Below are positions 1 through 11,008 of a stretch of 41,824 nt of DNA, piece by piece. Each line of letters starts with the position of its first letter. Within the stretch, counting starts at the first letter, position 1. The notes under the pieces were generated by a model, which did no database searches, had not been told where the DNA came from, and saw nothing but the letters and a program-made list of their open reading frames with translations. The DNA is taken from NCBI GenBank assembly GCA_004431415.1, contig QPMI01000630.1:1-41824 (forward strand). The letters are read 5' to 3'. This DNA is from Cyanophora paradoxa CCMP329. Taxonomy: Eukaryota; Plantae; Glaucophyta. The position numbers were made by a program, and so were the translations under genes.

Positions 1-247
1 TCTCGATCCCGATCGGGCGCCTCGCGCGACGCGTCGGCGGCAGGCCTCGTCGACGCGTCGCGACCCTTGGCCGCGCGCGTACGCGACGGAGCGGCGCCCC
101 GGCGGCCCCGCAGAGCGCGCATACCGCCTGCAAGAAGTGTCCCCCGCGGCCGCACGGACTCTCTTGCATCGCGCGTACTTTCCCACCTCGCCTCTCGTAC
201 GAACCCTGACCGTCTTTGCAGCGGCGTGGCGCGACAGACGACCCGCC

Positions 248-1700
248 TCCCGTACCCCTGGCTACGGCGGCGGCAGCGAGGGGGGTAGAGGTGAGCGCGG
301 GAGACTCCCCCCCCCCCAAGGGACCTGAGCCGCCCCCCTTCTTCCCGCCCGCAGATCCCGCTCCTTCTGGGGCGGCGGGGCGAGTCTCCACCGGCCCCCG
401 TACCCCTGGCTACGGCGGCGGCGGCGGTGAGGGGGTAGAGGTGCGCGCGGGAGACTCGCCGGCCCCCCCCCAAGGGACCTGAGCCGCCCCCCTTCTTCCC
501 GCCCGCAGATCCCGCTCCTTCTGGGGCGGCGGGGCGAGTCTCCACCGGCCCCCGTACCCCTGGCTACGGCGGCGGCGGCGGCGAGGGGTAGAGGTGCGCG
601 CGGGAGACTCGCCGGCCTCCCCCCAGGGACCTGAGCCGCGCCCCTTCTTCCCCGCCCGCAGATCCCGAGCCTTCTGGGGCGGCGGGGCGAGTCTCCACCT
701 CCCCCGTACCCCTGGTTACGGCGGCGGCGGCGAGGGGGGTAGAGGTGAGCGCGGGAGACTCGCCGGCCTCCCCCGAGGGACCCTGACCCGCGCCCCGTCT
801 TCCCGCCCGCAGATCCCGCCCCCTCTAGGGGCGGCGGGGCGAGTCTCCACCGCCCCCCGTACCCCTGGCCACGGCGGCGGCGGCGAGGGGGGTAGAGGTG
901 CGCGCGGGAGACTCGCCGGCCTCCCCCGAGGGACCCTGACCCGCCCCCGTCTTCCCGCCCGCAGATCCCGCCCCCTCTAGGGGCGGCGGGGCGAGTCTCC
1001 ACCGGCCCCCGTACCCCTGGCTACGGAGGCGGCGGCGGGGGGGGGGGGTAGAGGTGAGCGCGGGCGACTCGCCGCCCCCTCCCCAGGGGACCCTGACTCG
1101 CGTCCTTCTTCCCGCCCGCAGATCCCGCTCCTTCTGGGGCGACGGGGCGAGTTTCCACCGGGCCCCGTACCCCTGGCTACGGCGGCGGCGGCGAAGGGGG
1201 GTAGAGGTGCGCGCGGGAGACTCGCCGGCCTCCCCCCAGGGACCTGAGCCGCGCCCCTTCTTCCCCGCCCGCAGATCCCGCTCCTTCTGGGGCGGCGGGG
1301 CGAGTCTCCACCGGCCCCGTACCCCCTGGCTACGGGCGGCGGCGGCGAGGGGGGTAGAGGTGAGCGTGGGAGACTCGCCGGCCTCCCCCGAGGGACCTGA
1401 GCCGCTGCCCCGTCTTCCCGCCCGCAGATCCCGAGCCTTCTGGGGCGGCGGGGCGAGTCTCCACTGGCCACCGTACCCCTGGCTACGGGCGGCGGCGGCA
1501 AGGGGGGTAGAGGTGAGCGCGGGAGACTCGCCGGCCTCCCCCGAGGGACCTGACCCGCGCCCCTTCTTCCCGCCCGCAGATCCCGAGCCTTCTGGGGCGG
1601 CGGGGCGAGTCTCCACCGACCCCTGTACCCCCTGCCTACGGCGGCGGCGGCGAGGGGGGTAGAGGTGAGCGCGGGAGACTCGCCCCGCCGCCCCCTGGGG
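248..1700. repeat. Tandem repeat, ~150-155 bp unit, 9 full copies plus 1 partial, with internal inverted motif pair
   Basis: GTACCCC unit starts at about 251, 399, 553, 705, 858, 1010, 1166, 1318, 1472 and 1624. Units carry GGAGACTCGCC (or a near variant) and its reverse complement GGCGAGTCTCC. Confidence 0.95.
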
Positions 1701-1792
1701 CCCCGCCCCGCCCCGCCCCCCCCGCCCCTCCCCTCTCGGACTCATCGGCCCCTCAATTCGACAGGGCTGCGGGCGGAGCGCGGGGGGCGCGG

Positions 1793-2275
1793 CTACGCGC
1801 GCTGCGGGACGGGCGGCCAGCTGTGAGAGCCGAGGGCGAGGGAGAGGGCGTCGTAGGCGAGCCAGAAGCCCTCCTGCGGCTCCGGGGGCGCCGCGAAGAG
1901 GGCCCGCGGCGCCATGCGCTCCTGCGCGCGCCGGGACGCGTTGCGGGTCGACCGGTGGAGACCGAAGAGGCGGGCGGCGTGGGGGCAGCGGCTGGGCTTC
2001 AGCGTCGCGGCCGCGAGCTCCCGTGCGTGCTCGCCGCCCAGAAACTGCCTCAGCTCCTTGGCGCTCAGACGCGACAGCGCCCTGACCATCCCCTCCGTCT
2101 CCAGGTCGACGTGCAGCACCTGCCAGGGCGCGATCCGCTCCGCGGCGCGACGGGACGCGGCGCGGGTCGACTTGCGGATGGCGACGATGGCGGCGACGGG
2201 GCAGCGGGTCACGGTCGCGGACGCGTCGTCCCCGGCCGCGGCGCGGGTCGCGACGCGAGCGGTGGTGCGGGGCAT
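1793..2275 (-). CDS. Hypothetical basic protein (~160 aa) with an internal repeat
   Basis: ATG at 2275 (MPRTTARV...) with TATAAAT ~52 bp upstream. Internal repeat IRKSTRAASRRAAERIAP / LHRSTRNASRRAQERMAP. Protein-like composition. Confidence 0.6.
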   Translation of the reverse strand: MPRTTARVATRAAAGDDASATVTRCPVAAIVAIRKSTRAASRRAAERIAPWQVLHVDLETEGMVRALSRLSAKELRQFLGGEHARELAAATLKPSRCPHAARLFGLHRSTRNASRRAQERMAPRALFAAPPEPQEGFWLAYDALSLALGSHSWPPVPQRA

Positions 2276-2326
2276 CTTGTTTCGATTCGAGAGAGAGAGA
2301 GTGGCACGAGGCCGGGCGCGCCCCCC

Positions 2327-2333
2327 ATTTATA
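2327..2333 (-). promoter_or_regulatory. TATA box (TATAAAT) for the 1793-2275 gene
   Basis: Isolated AT island in very GC-rich context, just upstream of the ATG. Confidence 0.55.
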
Positions 2334-2724
2334 CCCCCCGAGGGGCAGGGCTCGGCCCGAATCCGGGCACCCCCCCCCTTTCCCCTCCCCCTCCTCTCCT
2401 CCCCCCCGTACCCCCCCATCCTGACCTGTTTCCCTCGCCCCCGCAGGTCCCTTTCGTCTCCGCGCCTGGGGCCCCGCCCCGCCCGCCGCCCACCCCCTCC
2501 ACTCCCCCCCTCCCCACCCTTCTCGCCCAGGTACCCCCTCCTCGCCCCCTCCCCCCCGCCTGGAGACTCGCCGCGCCCCCCGCAAACGTCCCCGCCCTCA
2601 CCCCCCCCCCGCCACGCAGGCCGAGGCCGCGGTGGGTACACGGATACGTTGCCGCTGCAGGAGCGGGGGGTACCCGCGCGGCTACCCCGGGCGCCCCCGG
2701 TCCGCGCGCCCCGCCCCTCTGCCC

Positions 2725-3366
2725 CTATCGACCGACGAGCTGAGCGTCCGGGCGCAGCGCCGATCGGGAGGGCGTCTCGGCGGACCGCGTGCACGGAAAG
2801 GAGAGGGAGGCGGGCGGCGGGGCCCCGAAGGACATCCAGTCGACGCTGGCGAATCGCCGCCGGAACGGTTCCGGCATGAAGCCCAGCGTCCCCTCGGCCT
2901 CGGCGGCGAGCCGCGCGGCGTACCCCGGGTCCTCCCGGGCGAGGCGGGCGTGCTCGGCGGCGGCAAAGTAGGCGCCTCCGACGGGGCACGGCGCGCGGCA
3001 CACGGGGCAGCTCGCCGCCCTCCAGCGGACCATGCAGCCGTAGCACATCACGTGACCGCACGCCTCGGAGACGGGCCGCGTCACCGGCTCGAGGCAGACG
3101 GGGCACTCGTCGGTCCAGCGGAGCGGCGACGGCGGCCCGGCGGCGCGGTTCTGGAAGCAGCGCCAGGCGATGCAGCAGGCGAGGCCAAAGTCGATGTGCC
3201 GCTCCCGCGCCGCCTCGTCCTCCTCGGGGTCGGCCCCGAGCGGCATCTCGATCGTCTCGAAGCGGATCCGGCCCTCGGGCGTCGTGCCCACCGCCAGCGC
3301 GCAGCGCGAGACCCCCCTCTCCCGATCGTACTCGATGAGCCGGTGCGCGGGTACCCCCGCCTGCAT
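2725..3366 (-). CDS. C3HC4 RING finger protein (putative E3 ubiquitin ligase), intronless
   Basis: CPVCLEPVTRPVSEACGHVMCYGCMVRWRAASCPVCR is a canonical C3HC4 RING; 213 aa ATG-started ORF. Confidence 0.85.
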   Translation of the reverse strand: MQAGVPAHRLIEYDRERGVSRCALAVGTTPEGRIRFETIEMPLGADPEEDEAARERHIDFGLACCIAWRCFQNRAAGPPSPLRWTDECPVCLEPVTRPVSEACGHVMCYGCMVRWRAASCPVCRAPCPVGGAYFAAAEHARLAREDPGYAARLAAEAEGTLGFMPEPFRRRFASVDWMSFGAPPPASLSFPCTRSAETPSRSALRPDAQLVGR

Positions 3367-3557
3367 TTCTCCCCCGGGCTCAACGCTGACGGGGTACCCC
3401 CTCAGGTCGCCCTCTTTTAGGCTCGCCCCGCGGGGGTACGCCGAGCGGCGCGGCGATTCCGGGCCCCCGTTTCGCGCAGCCGTCGGAGACGCGATAAAAA
3501 AGGGACGGGGCGGGCCTGAATCCGCACACTCTTCGCCGAGCTCTGCACCCCGCGATC
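3367..3557. promoter_or_regulatory. Short divergent promoter between the RING gene and the primase-helicase gene
   Basis: Head-to-head ATGs 191 bp apart. TAAAAG on the minus strand (~3414-3419), GATAAAAAA on the plus strand (~3493-3501), and GGGGTAC motifs. Confidence 0.45.
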
Positions 3558-6500
3558 ATGCCTCCCGTCGCGTCTCCCTCGTCGTCGCCGCCGTCGAGTC
3601 TCCCGCGCGCGTCGCCCCGAAACGGGAGCGCGCCGGCGGCGTCGCGCCCGGGCCCGGCCCCGCGTCGCGTCTCCACCTCCTCGGCCCGCCCCGTCGCAAT
3701 CGGCGAGGATGGGGCGGGGGCGTGGACGCGGCGGCTCGCGGGGCGGAGCCCATGGAGGTCGACGTCGCGCCGGCCGCCCCGCCGCGCCGCCGCCCGGTCC
3801 GGCTGGAGCCCACGCCCTCGTCAAGCCGGCCGTCCCGGCCTCCCGACCCCTTCAACAGCGCTGCGCCGCCGCCCCCTCCGCGACCTCGTCGACGCGGCGG
3901 CGCGGCGCGCCTTCTGCCAGGCCGCCTCCACCCTCGCCGTCCGCCGCCCCGACGGCTCCCAGACCGCCTGCGTCTACGCCGGATTCCTCGACTTTGACGC
4001 CGCCGCATCGCGCCCTCGAGAAGAAGGGCCTCGCCGCCAGGCCGCCCCGCTGCGCACCCTCGCCGAGCTCTTCGCCGCCGAGCCGCGCCTCCTGGAGCCG
4101 GCCGGACCGCGTACAGGCTCGCCAAGGCGTGCGGGGCGTACCCCCCGCGCCCGGCGAGCGCCGCTCGAGTGCCTCGTCACCTTCAGCGGCCTCAAGGCTT
4201 CCACGTCCTCCTCCGCACCCCGCCCTGCTCGTCCGGGCCCCCGGGGCGCGCGTCAAGGCGACGGCCAGGTGGAGCCGCGGCGGCCGCGGCGGCCGGCCTA
4301 CTCCGTGGACGACCTCCTGGAGACGGCGCTCGTACCCCTGCTCCGCAGGCTGCCGGCCTCTCCGAGAGGACGTGCTCGGCATCGTGGCGGCGATCGACAG
4401 GTCCCGCTCAACCCCAACTGCGGCCTCCGCCTCGACGAGTACCCCCACCCGCTCACGGGCGGTACCCCGTCGCCGTCTCGGCCCCGACTCGACGCCCTGA
4501 TCGAGCCCGACGCGAGGCGGCGGAGCGGTCCTCATCGCCGGCGACGGCCCCGCCCGGAGATCTCGGCCTTTCTCTCCGGCCTCTTCGCCGACCTGGAGCG
4601 GCGCGTGGGACGGAGAGGCCGTGCCGCCCTCCCGCCCTCCCGAGGCCCGAGCGCCCCGCGCGAGGGCGCGGCGCGAGCAGGAAGCGTCGGCGGGACGGGA
4701 GCCCGGCCCGGGGCGGCGCCGGCAGCGCGCCCGAGCCCTGCGCCGGCCCTGGAGCTCGCCCCGCACCATCGCGATCGGCGGGCGCGCCCGCAAGGTCCGA
4801 CTCGTGGGCGCTCGGAGGACGGGCGCTACGTCACGTTTCGCGTCAGCCCGCGGCGGCAGCGCGCCCGTGCCACCTCGGCGTCGAGCACGACTGGCGCGGA
4901 CCCTCTGCTCGGTCTCGCAGCTCCTCCCGGGGCGAGCATGGTGCGTTCCGGTGCGGGGCCAGAACACTCGGACTGCGCCCGGCGCCCCGTCTTTGGCGCC
5001 CGTCTGGACGGGCGCGGGCGACCCGGCCGAGGAGCGGCGACGACGCGGCCCTCGTGGCCTCGCGAGTGCCTCTCGAGCATCGCGGACGGGGCGCGCGGCG
5101 GCGCGCCGCCCGCCGCCGCACCCTCCCGTACCCCTTCTCCGTCGTCCCCCGCACCAACGACCGCGTCTACTCTGTCGACGCGCCCTGCGCCGAGTGCGGC
5201 GGGGCGCGCGGGGCGTGCTCGTCGACGTTCTGGCGCGCGAGGTCAAGGCGTTCCCGTGCGCCGGCTGCAAGCGGCGAGCCCCGAGGGCGCACCCGTCGCC
5301 TCGACCTCCTCCCGAGCTGGGCTCGGAGCTGCGCGCCGCGGAGGACGCCGTGCAGCGCGCCTCGTCGCGCGGGCGCTGGAGGCGAACGGGGCCCCGCATC
5401 GCGCTCTTCGGCCGCGGCCGAAGGGCTGGCTGGAGGCCCTCCGCCCCTCGGCGGGCAGCCGGGGAGCAGCTCGTCGCGATCATCGAGGTGCTGCGCCAGC
5501 GGGTCGTGGCCAAGGACTGTCGGCGAGCCGATCCGCCGCGGGCTCGTGCCGGAGCGGCGCGGAAGGCGCTGGACGCGCTCCGCTCCCGACCTGCGCGAGC
5601 CCCTCGGCGGCCCGCGGCGGGGGCTTCGACTGGCGTGACATCGTCCACGACGCCAACGACCTCGGCGACCCGCGGCGCCGGTGGTGGACAAGGCGGTCGA
5701 GGGGCGCTCCGCGGCCGGCCACGCGGCGAGGCATGCTCTTCCTCCGGGCGCAGACGGGTACGGGCAAGTCGCAGGCGATCGTCCACCTCCTCGCCGAGAT
5801 GCGCAAGTCCCCGCCGCGTACGGCCTGCCCCAGCACTTCAGGATCCTCTACGTCGTCGCGGGCGGATCCACGACGAGCTCCTCCTGGCGGACACGCGCTA
5901 CACGGCGATCTGCGCGGTGCGTGGACCTCGTACAAGGAGATGACGCCGGGGCAGCTGGCGCAGGCGAGCGCGCAGCTCATGTCGACCGTCGAGTCGATCC
6001 AGCGCCTCGAGGGCGCCTTCCAGGTCGTCGTCGTGGACGAGGGGGCCAAGGCGCTGGCCACGCTGGCCCTCTCGACGACGCTGGCCAAGGAGGGGCGCCA
6101 CAGCGCGGCGGTCGCGCGATTCAGAAGCCTGTTCGCCAGGCGCACCGCCTCGTCATCGCCGACGCGACCTCTCCCAGCCCGACGTCGACTTCTACGTCGG
6201 CCTCTTCCTCGGGGCCGCGCGGCGCGGCGGGGCGCGGGGCCCGGAGCCCTTCGTGGTGCAGTACCTGCACCGCTCCGCGAGCACGCGCGGCGCGCTCCTC
6301 CTCCCTGGATGTACGCCCCGCTCCTCGTCGCGGCGCACCTCCTGGCCGGCAAGCGCGTCGTCCTCTCCGCCGACGACCGCCGCGCCCTCTTCGCCACCCT
6401 CGCCTCCTCCACGCCCACCCGCCTCCGCGCGCGGTCGAGGCCGGCCGCCTGAGCTCGCTCTTCATCTACGCCGACGCGCCCAACGCGGAGAAGGAGAAGC

Positions 6501-8942
6501 TCAAGGAGAAGGCGCTCGTCGGGCGCTCGACCTCTTCGCCTACAACTCGGCCGTACCCCAGGCAGCGACTTTAACGAGGGCGCTTCGACGTCTGCATCGT
6601 GGCGATGGCGGGCGACGTACGACGTGAACGGGCGGGCAGGCATGGCGCGCGTGCGCTCTGTCGCGGAGCCGGACGTCTTCGTGTGCGCGGGCGCGAGCCG
6701 CGGAGAGGCGCCCTGGGGCCCTGGGGCGACGGTCGGCGCGTCGAGGCCGTCTACGAGCGGCGCCTCGAGGAGGAGCGCGAGATGCGGGGCGGGTCGAGGG
6801 CGACCGCGCCGCTCCCCGGGCCGACCTCGCCTTCCTCCGCATGCAGGCGGCCCGCCTCGTCGTCCTGAACTGGAGCCGCAGCGCACCGTCCAGGCCCTCG
6901 ACGCCAAGTTCGGGAAGATGGGGTACGCGCGCGGCCTGGAGCTCGTCGAGAAGGCCGAGCCGCTCCCAAGTCCGTCGCCTCGCTCCTGAACGCCTCGCCG
7001 CGCGCGTGCGCTCGGCGGCGATCTACGCCCCGTGGCCGCCGCCGCCACCCTCGGGAGAGGACCCCGACGGCGCCATCGTGGAGAGCATGCTGGCCGGAGG
7101 CGCCGGCGGCGCTGGGTCGGTGGCCCGTGACCGAGGCGGAGAGGCTCGCGTGCCGGAAGCGCTTCGTGGCCGGCGCCCTCCGCATCGACCCCGCCGACGT
7201 CAGCCTCGCGGAGTCGAGGCGCACGCCAAGGAGACGCCGCCTCCTCCGCCCCCTGATCCGCCTTTGGCGCCGCCGCCGGCCCTTCCTCGCCGACCGCGAC
7301 GGCGGGGGCGGTCTACGGAGCACGGGGGGTACGGCTCCTGCGGGGCGCGTGGACAAGCAGCACACGCGGCGGAGCGCCCTCGCCTCCTCGCCCTGGCGGC
7401 GGCCCGGCCCCGCGGGCCCGCGGCCCGGCCGCCCGGCGCCCTCGTCGTCGAGAAGCTCTCGCCCCTCGGGCTCCTCGACTCGTTCGCGCCGGACGCCTGC
7501 CCGCGGCGGACCTCGCTCGCCTCGCGGCGCGGTGGAGCGGGACCGGCTCTTCGAGCACGCGACCCGGCGGACTTTGTGGTCGGGGCGGGCCTGCTCCAGC
7601 AGGCCGACCGGGCCGACGCGCCGCGTGCAGGGCGTACCGCGCGCGCGCCCAGGAGCTCTTCGATCTGGCCAAGGAACCGACGCTGGAGGTGCCGTGGGAA
7701 GCACTTTCTCCGACTCCTGAAGCGGGCGGCCATCTGGGCGGGCGTACCCTCAAGCCGCCGTCTTCGCGGGCCCCCGAAGCGCCGACAGGTCGGCGGGCGG
7801 CGGGTGACCCAGAGGGCGGCGTCGAGGGCGGATTCGTGTGGACTACCTCGCCCTCGCCTTTGTTACCTGCGCCACGCCAAGACCGAGTACGCGTCCCGGC
7901 GGCTCTTCGAGGCGTCGAACCCGGAGCCGAGGCGGCGCGGCGCGCGGAGGAGGAGAGGAGGGGAGGAGAGGGCGCGCTCCGGCGGGACGGCGAGGAGGGG
8001 AGGGGCGGGCGAGGGCGGCCGGCGGGGGGAGGAGACGGACGTGGCGGACGGCCTCGATCGGGCGAGCGAGGGCGGGACGAGACGCGGAGCCGACCGGGAG
8101 GCCATCGAGCGCTCCTCGCGGGGCCGCCCGGGGGAGCGCGCCCCCTCCCGCCCGTCACGTACCCGAGCCGGAGGAGGCGCGGGCGCGCGCCGGTGGACCG
8201 CCACGGGCCCGCCTCTTCTTCTCCGCGATGAACCTGACGGCCGTCGCCATGAGCGCGATCGTCGAGCTGGGCGGCCGCTGCCGCAGCGCAGCCCCTGCGC
8301 GAGCGCGCCGAGCTCCACCCCTCTGTCTGGTACGGCCGGCGCGCGCGCTGGCGCGGAGCCCAACGAGCTGCTCGGCGGCTCCTGGGATGGGGGGGCGAGG
8401 AGCGATCCGCGCGGCGGCGGCGCGCGTGCACGCGGCCCTGCTGGACTCGTGCGACGCGGAGGAGAGGGCGGGCGCCGAGTCCGAGGCGGAGCGCGGGTGA
8501 CGCCGGCGGCGCTCGAGGAGCTCCTCCGCGCCCTCTGCGAGCGGGCCGCCGAGGCGGAGGCGCGCTCCGCGGCGGATCCCGGCGTCGACGAGGAGGACGC
8601 GCGCTGGTTCGTGGGGCGCCTGGCCGAGGCCTGGCGCGCCGGCGCGGGGACGCGCTCCGACCCCGCCAGTTCACCAAGAAGGAGCTCAACGGATCTTCAA
8701 GCCCAAGACCCGACGAGCGGGAGGAGCTCCCCGTGACGCTCCGGGGGCTCCCGAACAAGGTCGCCGTCATCAAGCCCGGCAACAGCAGCGGTCCGGCCTC
8801 GGCCTCGTCGCCGACTGGCTCGAGAGGCGCGGGGCGCCGTCCCTCCGCATCCAGCTCGAGTGGCGCGCCCGCCCCAAGGGAAGGAGCTCACGGGGATCGC
8901 CGTCCCCGCGCCCTCTTTGCTCACTTCGGATTCGACAGCTAG
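3558..8942 (+). pseudogene. AEP primase fused to UL9/replication-origin-binding-protein-type SF2 helicase (multiply frameshifted in this assembly)
   Basis: AEP motif I GFLDFD (3981-3998), motif II FSGLK/GFHV across a frameshift (~4182-4207), motif III region LRLDEYPHPLTG (~4425-4460). CxxC pairs at ~5185-5270. Walker A AQTGTGKS (5748-5771), STVESIQRL, Walker B VVVVDE (6024-6041), VIADAT (~6152-6169), LDLFAYNSAVPQGxDFNE and MARVR (~6642), as in OBP/UL9-like helicases. Coding-like fragments continue to a stop at 8942; the 3' end is uncertain. Confidence 0.8.
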
Positions 8943-9455
8943 GCACCCCCCTCCTGTACGCGAGCACCTCTGAACGCGTGCGGCTCCCTCTTCCCTCGGT
9001 GTTCGGGGGTGGGGTACGGGGGCGGGAGGGAGGGGAGGGAGGGGAGGGGCCCGGGCGCCCCGCCCCGTTCGCCCTCGCAGGCTCGCAGCCGGCCGTTCGC
9101 GCTCCAAAGGTGCGGCGTACCCGCCCTCCCCTCCCCTCCCCCCGCCTCCGCTTACCCCCTCGTGACAGGGCCCGTTCGAACGAGGCCTTCGCATGCGCCC
9201 TCTCATCTGAGCGATTCCTTTTCGGGTATTTTTCTCGCGCCCCGCCGCACTATAAAAAGATCGCGCCGCCCCGAAACCTCACTCTCAAGTTTCGCAGCTT
9301 CGCAACATGAGCTCGGCCCTTTCCGTCGCGTCCTCTCTCGACATGATCGACCCGGCGCTTTTCGGTCGCGACGGCGCGCTCTTCTCCTGCGGCGCACCGG
9401 CCCCGGCGGCCTGGACTCGGCCCGGCTCCTCCGTCGCGTCGATCCTCGCCGCCGC
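8899..9455 (+). repeat. ~555 bp segmental duplication, copy 1 (primase-helicase 3' end, intergenic region, TATA, start of next gene)
   Basis: Near-identical to 9954-10517. Confidence 0.95.
9251..9258 (+). promoter_or_regulatory. TATA box (TATAAAAA), duplicated at 10306-10314
   Basis: About 55 bp upstream of ATG 9307; the second copy is a similar distance upstream of ATG 10364. Confidence 0.6.
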
Positions 9456-9958
9456 GCCCGACGCGGAGAAGGAGAAGCTCATGGAGAAGGAGCTCGTCGG
9501 GCGCTCGACCTCTTCGCCTACAACTCGGCCGTACCCAGGGCGCGACTTTAATGAGGGCGGCTTCGACGTCTGCGTCGTGGCGATGGGCGGGCGGACGTAC
9601 GACGTGAACGCGGAAAAGGAGAAGCCCAAGGAAAAGGAGCTCGTCGGGGCGCTCGACCTCTTCGCCTACAACTCGGCCGTACCCCAGGGCGGCGACTTTA
9701 ACGAGGGCGGCTTCGACGTCTGCGTCGTGGCGATGGGCGGGCGGACGTACGACGTGAACGCGGAAAAGGAGAAGCCCAAGGAGAAGGAGCTCGTCGGGGC
9801 GCTCGACCTCTTCGCCTACAACTCGGACGTACCCCAGGGCGGCGACTTTAACGAGGGCTGCTTCGACTTCTGCATCGTGGCGATGGGCGGGCGGACGTAC
9901 GACGTGAACGCGGCGGGCAGAGCATGGCGCGCGTGCGCCGTTTCGCGGAGCCGGCCGT
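9456..9958 (+). repeat. Three tandem ~150 bp copies of an internal fragment of the helicase gene (source ~6480-6675)
   Basis: Unit encodes AEKEKPKEKELVGALDLFAYNSAVPQGGDFNEGGFDVCVVAMGGRTYDVN (50 aa), matching the helicase segment at 6483-6630. Confidence 0.95.
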
Positions 9959-10517
9959 CCCGCGCGCCCTCTTTGCTCGCTTCGGATTCGACAGCTAGGC
10001 ACCCCCTCCTGTACGCGAGCACCTCTGAACGCGTGCGGCTCCTTCTTCCGTCGGTGTTCGGGGTGGGGGTACGGGGGCGGGAGGGGGGAGGGGGAGGGGA
10101 GGGCCCGGGCGCCCCGCCCCGTTCCGCCCTCGCAGGCTCGCAGCCGGCCGTTCGCGCTCCAAAGGTGCGGCGTACCCCGCCTCCCCTCCCCCTCCCCCCG
10201 CCTCCGCTTACCCCTCGGGACAGGGCCCGTTCGAACGAGGCCTTCGCATGCGCCCTCTCATCTGAGCGATTCCCTTTTCGGGTATTTTTCTCGCGCCCGC
10301 CGCACTATAAAAAAGATCGCGCCGCCCCCGAAACCTCACTCTCAAGTTTCGCAGCTTCGCAACATGAGCTCGGCCCTTTCCGTCGCGTCCTCTCTCGACA
10401 TGATCGACCCGGCGCTTTTCGGTCGCGACGGCGCGCTCTTCTCCTGCGGCGCGCCGGCCCCGGGCGGCCTGGACTCGGCCCGGCTCCCTCCCGTCGCGTC
10501 GATCCTCGCGCCGCCGC
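9954..10517 (+). repeat. ~560 bp segmental duplication, copy 2
   Basis: Near-identical to 8899-9455. Confidence 0.95.
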
Positions 10518-10972
10518 TCGTCGCGACCCCCTGGCTCCTCCCGCCGCCTTTGAAGCCTGCAAGGCGCCCCTCCCGTGGCCCCGCGTGGACGCGGACGCGA
10601 CGGCGCCGGCGCCCGCGGGCCCTCTTCAGGATCCCCTCGCGCCCCTGCCGCCGAGCCCCGCGGCCGGCACCCCGAGCCCCGCCGCGCCCGCAGGGCCCCC
10701 TCTGCGCTTCCCGTCGCCGTGCCGGCCCCGGCGCGGCACGTCGACCTGGGCCCGTGCGCCCCGCTCAGGCGCCGTCGCGTCGTCCGCTGTTCCGTGTGCA
10801 GGCTCACGGTACGCGCTCGCGAGGCCCGGGCGGGCGGCGCGGCGCGGCGGGCGTCGCGCGGCGATCTGACCTTTTTCCTGCGCGCGCAGGGCCACAACAA
10901 GAAGACCCACGACCGGTTTGTCCTGGCATCGTGCCCGTGTGGAAGAAGCGGCGTCAGTGGCAGCGCAAGCGG

Positions 10973-11008
<36 letters not shown>

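Noticed and set aside
262-1662. Overlapping ORFs in the tandem array
   Set aside because: Repetitive translations of a GC-rich satellite that is open in many frames on both strands.
3852-8782. Long minus-strand ORFs opposite the primase-helicase
   Set aside because: Arg/Gly/Pro-rich shadow frames with no motifs; all catalytic motifs are on the plus strand.
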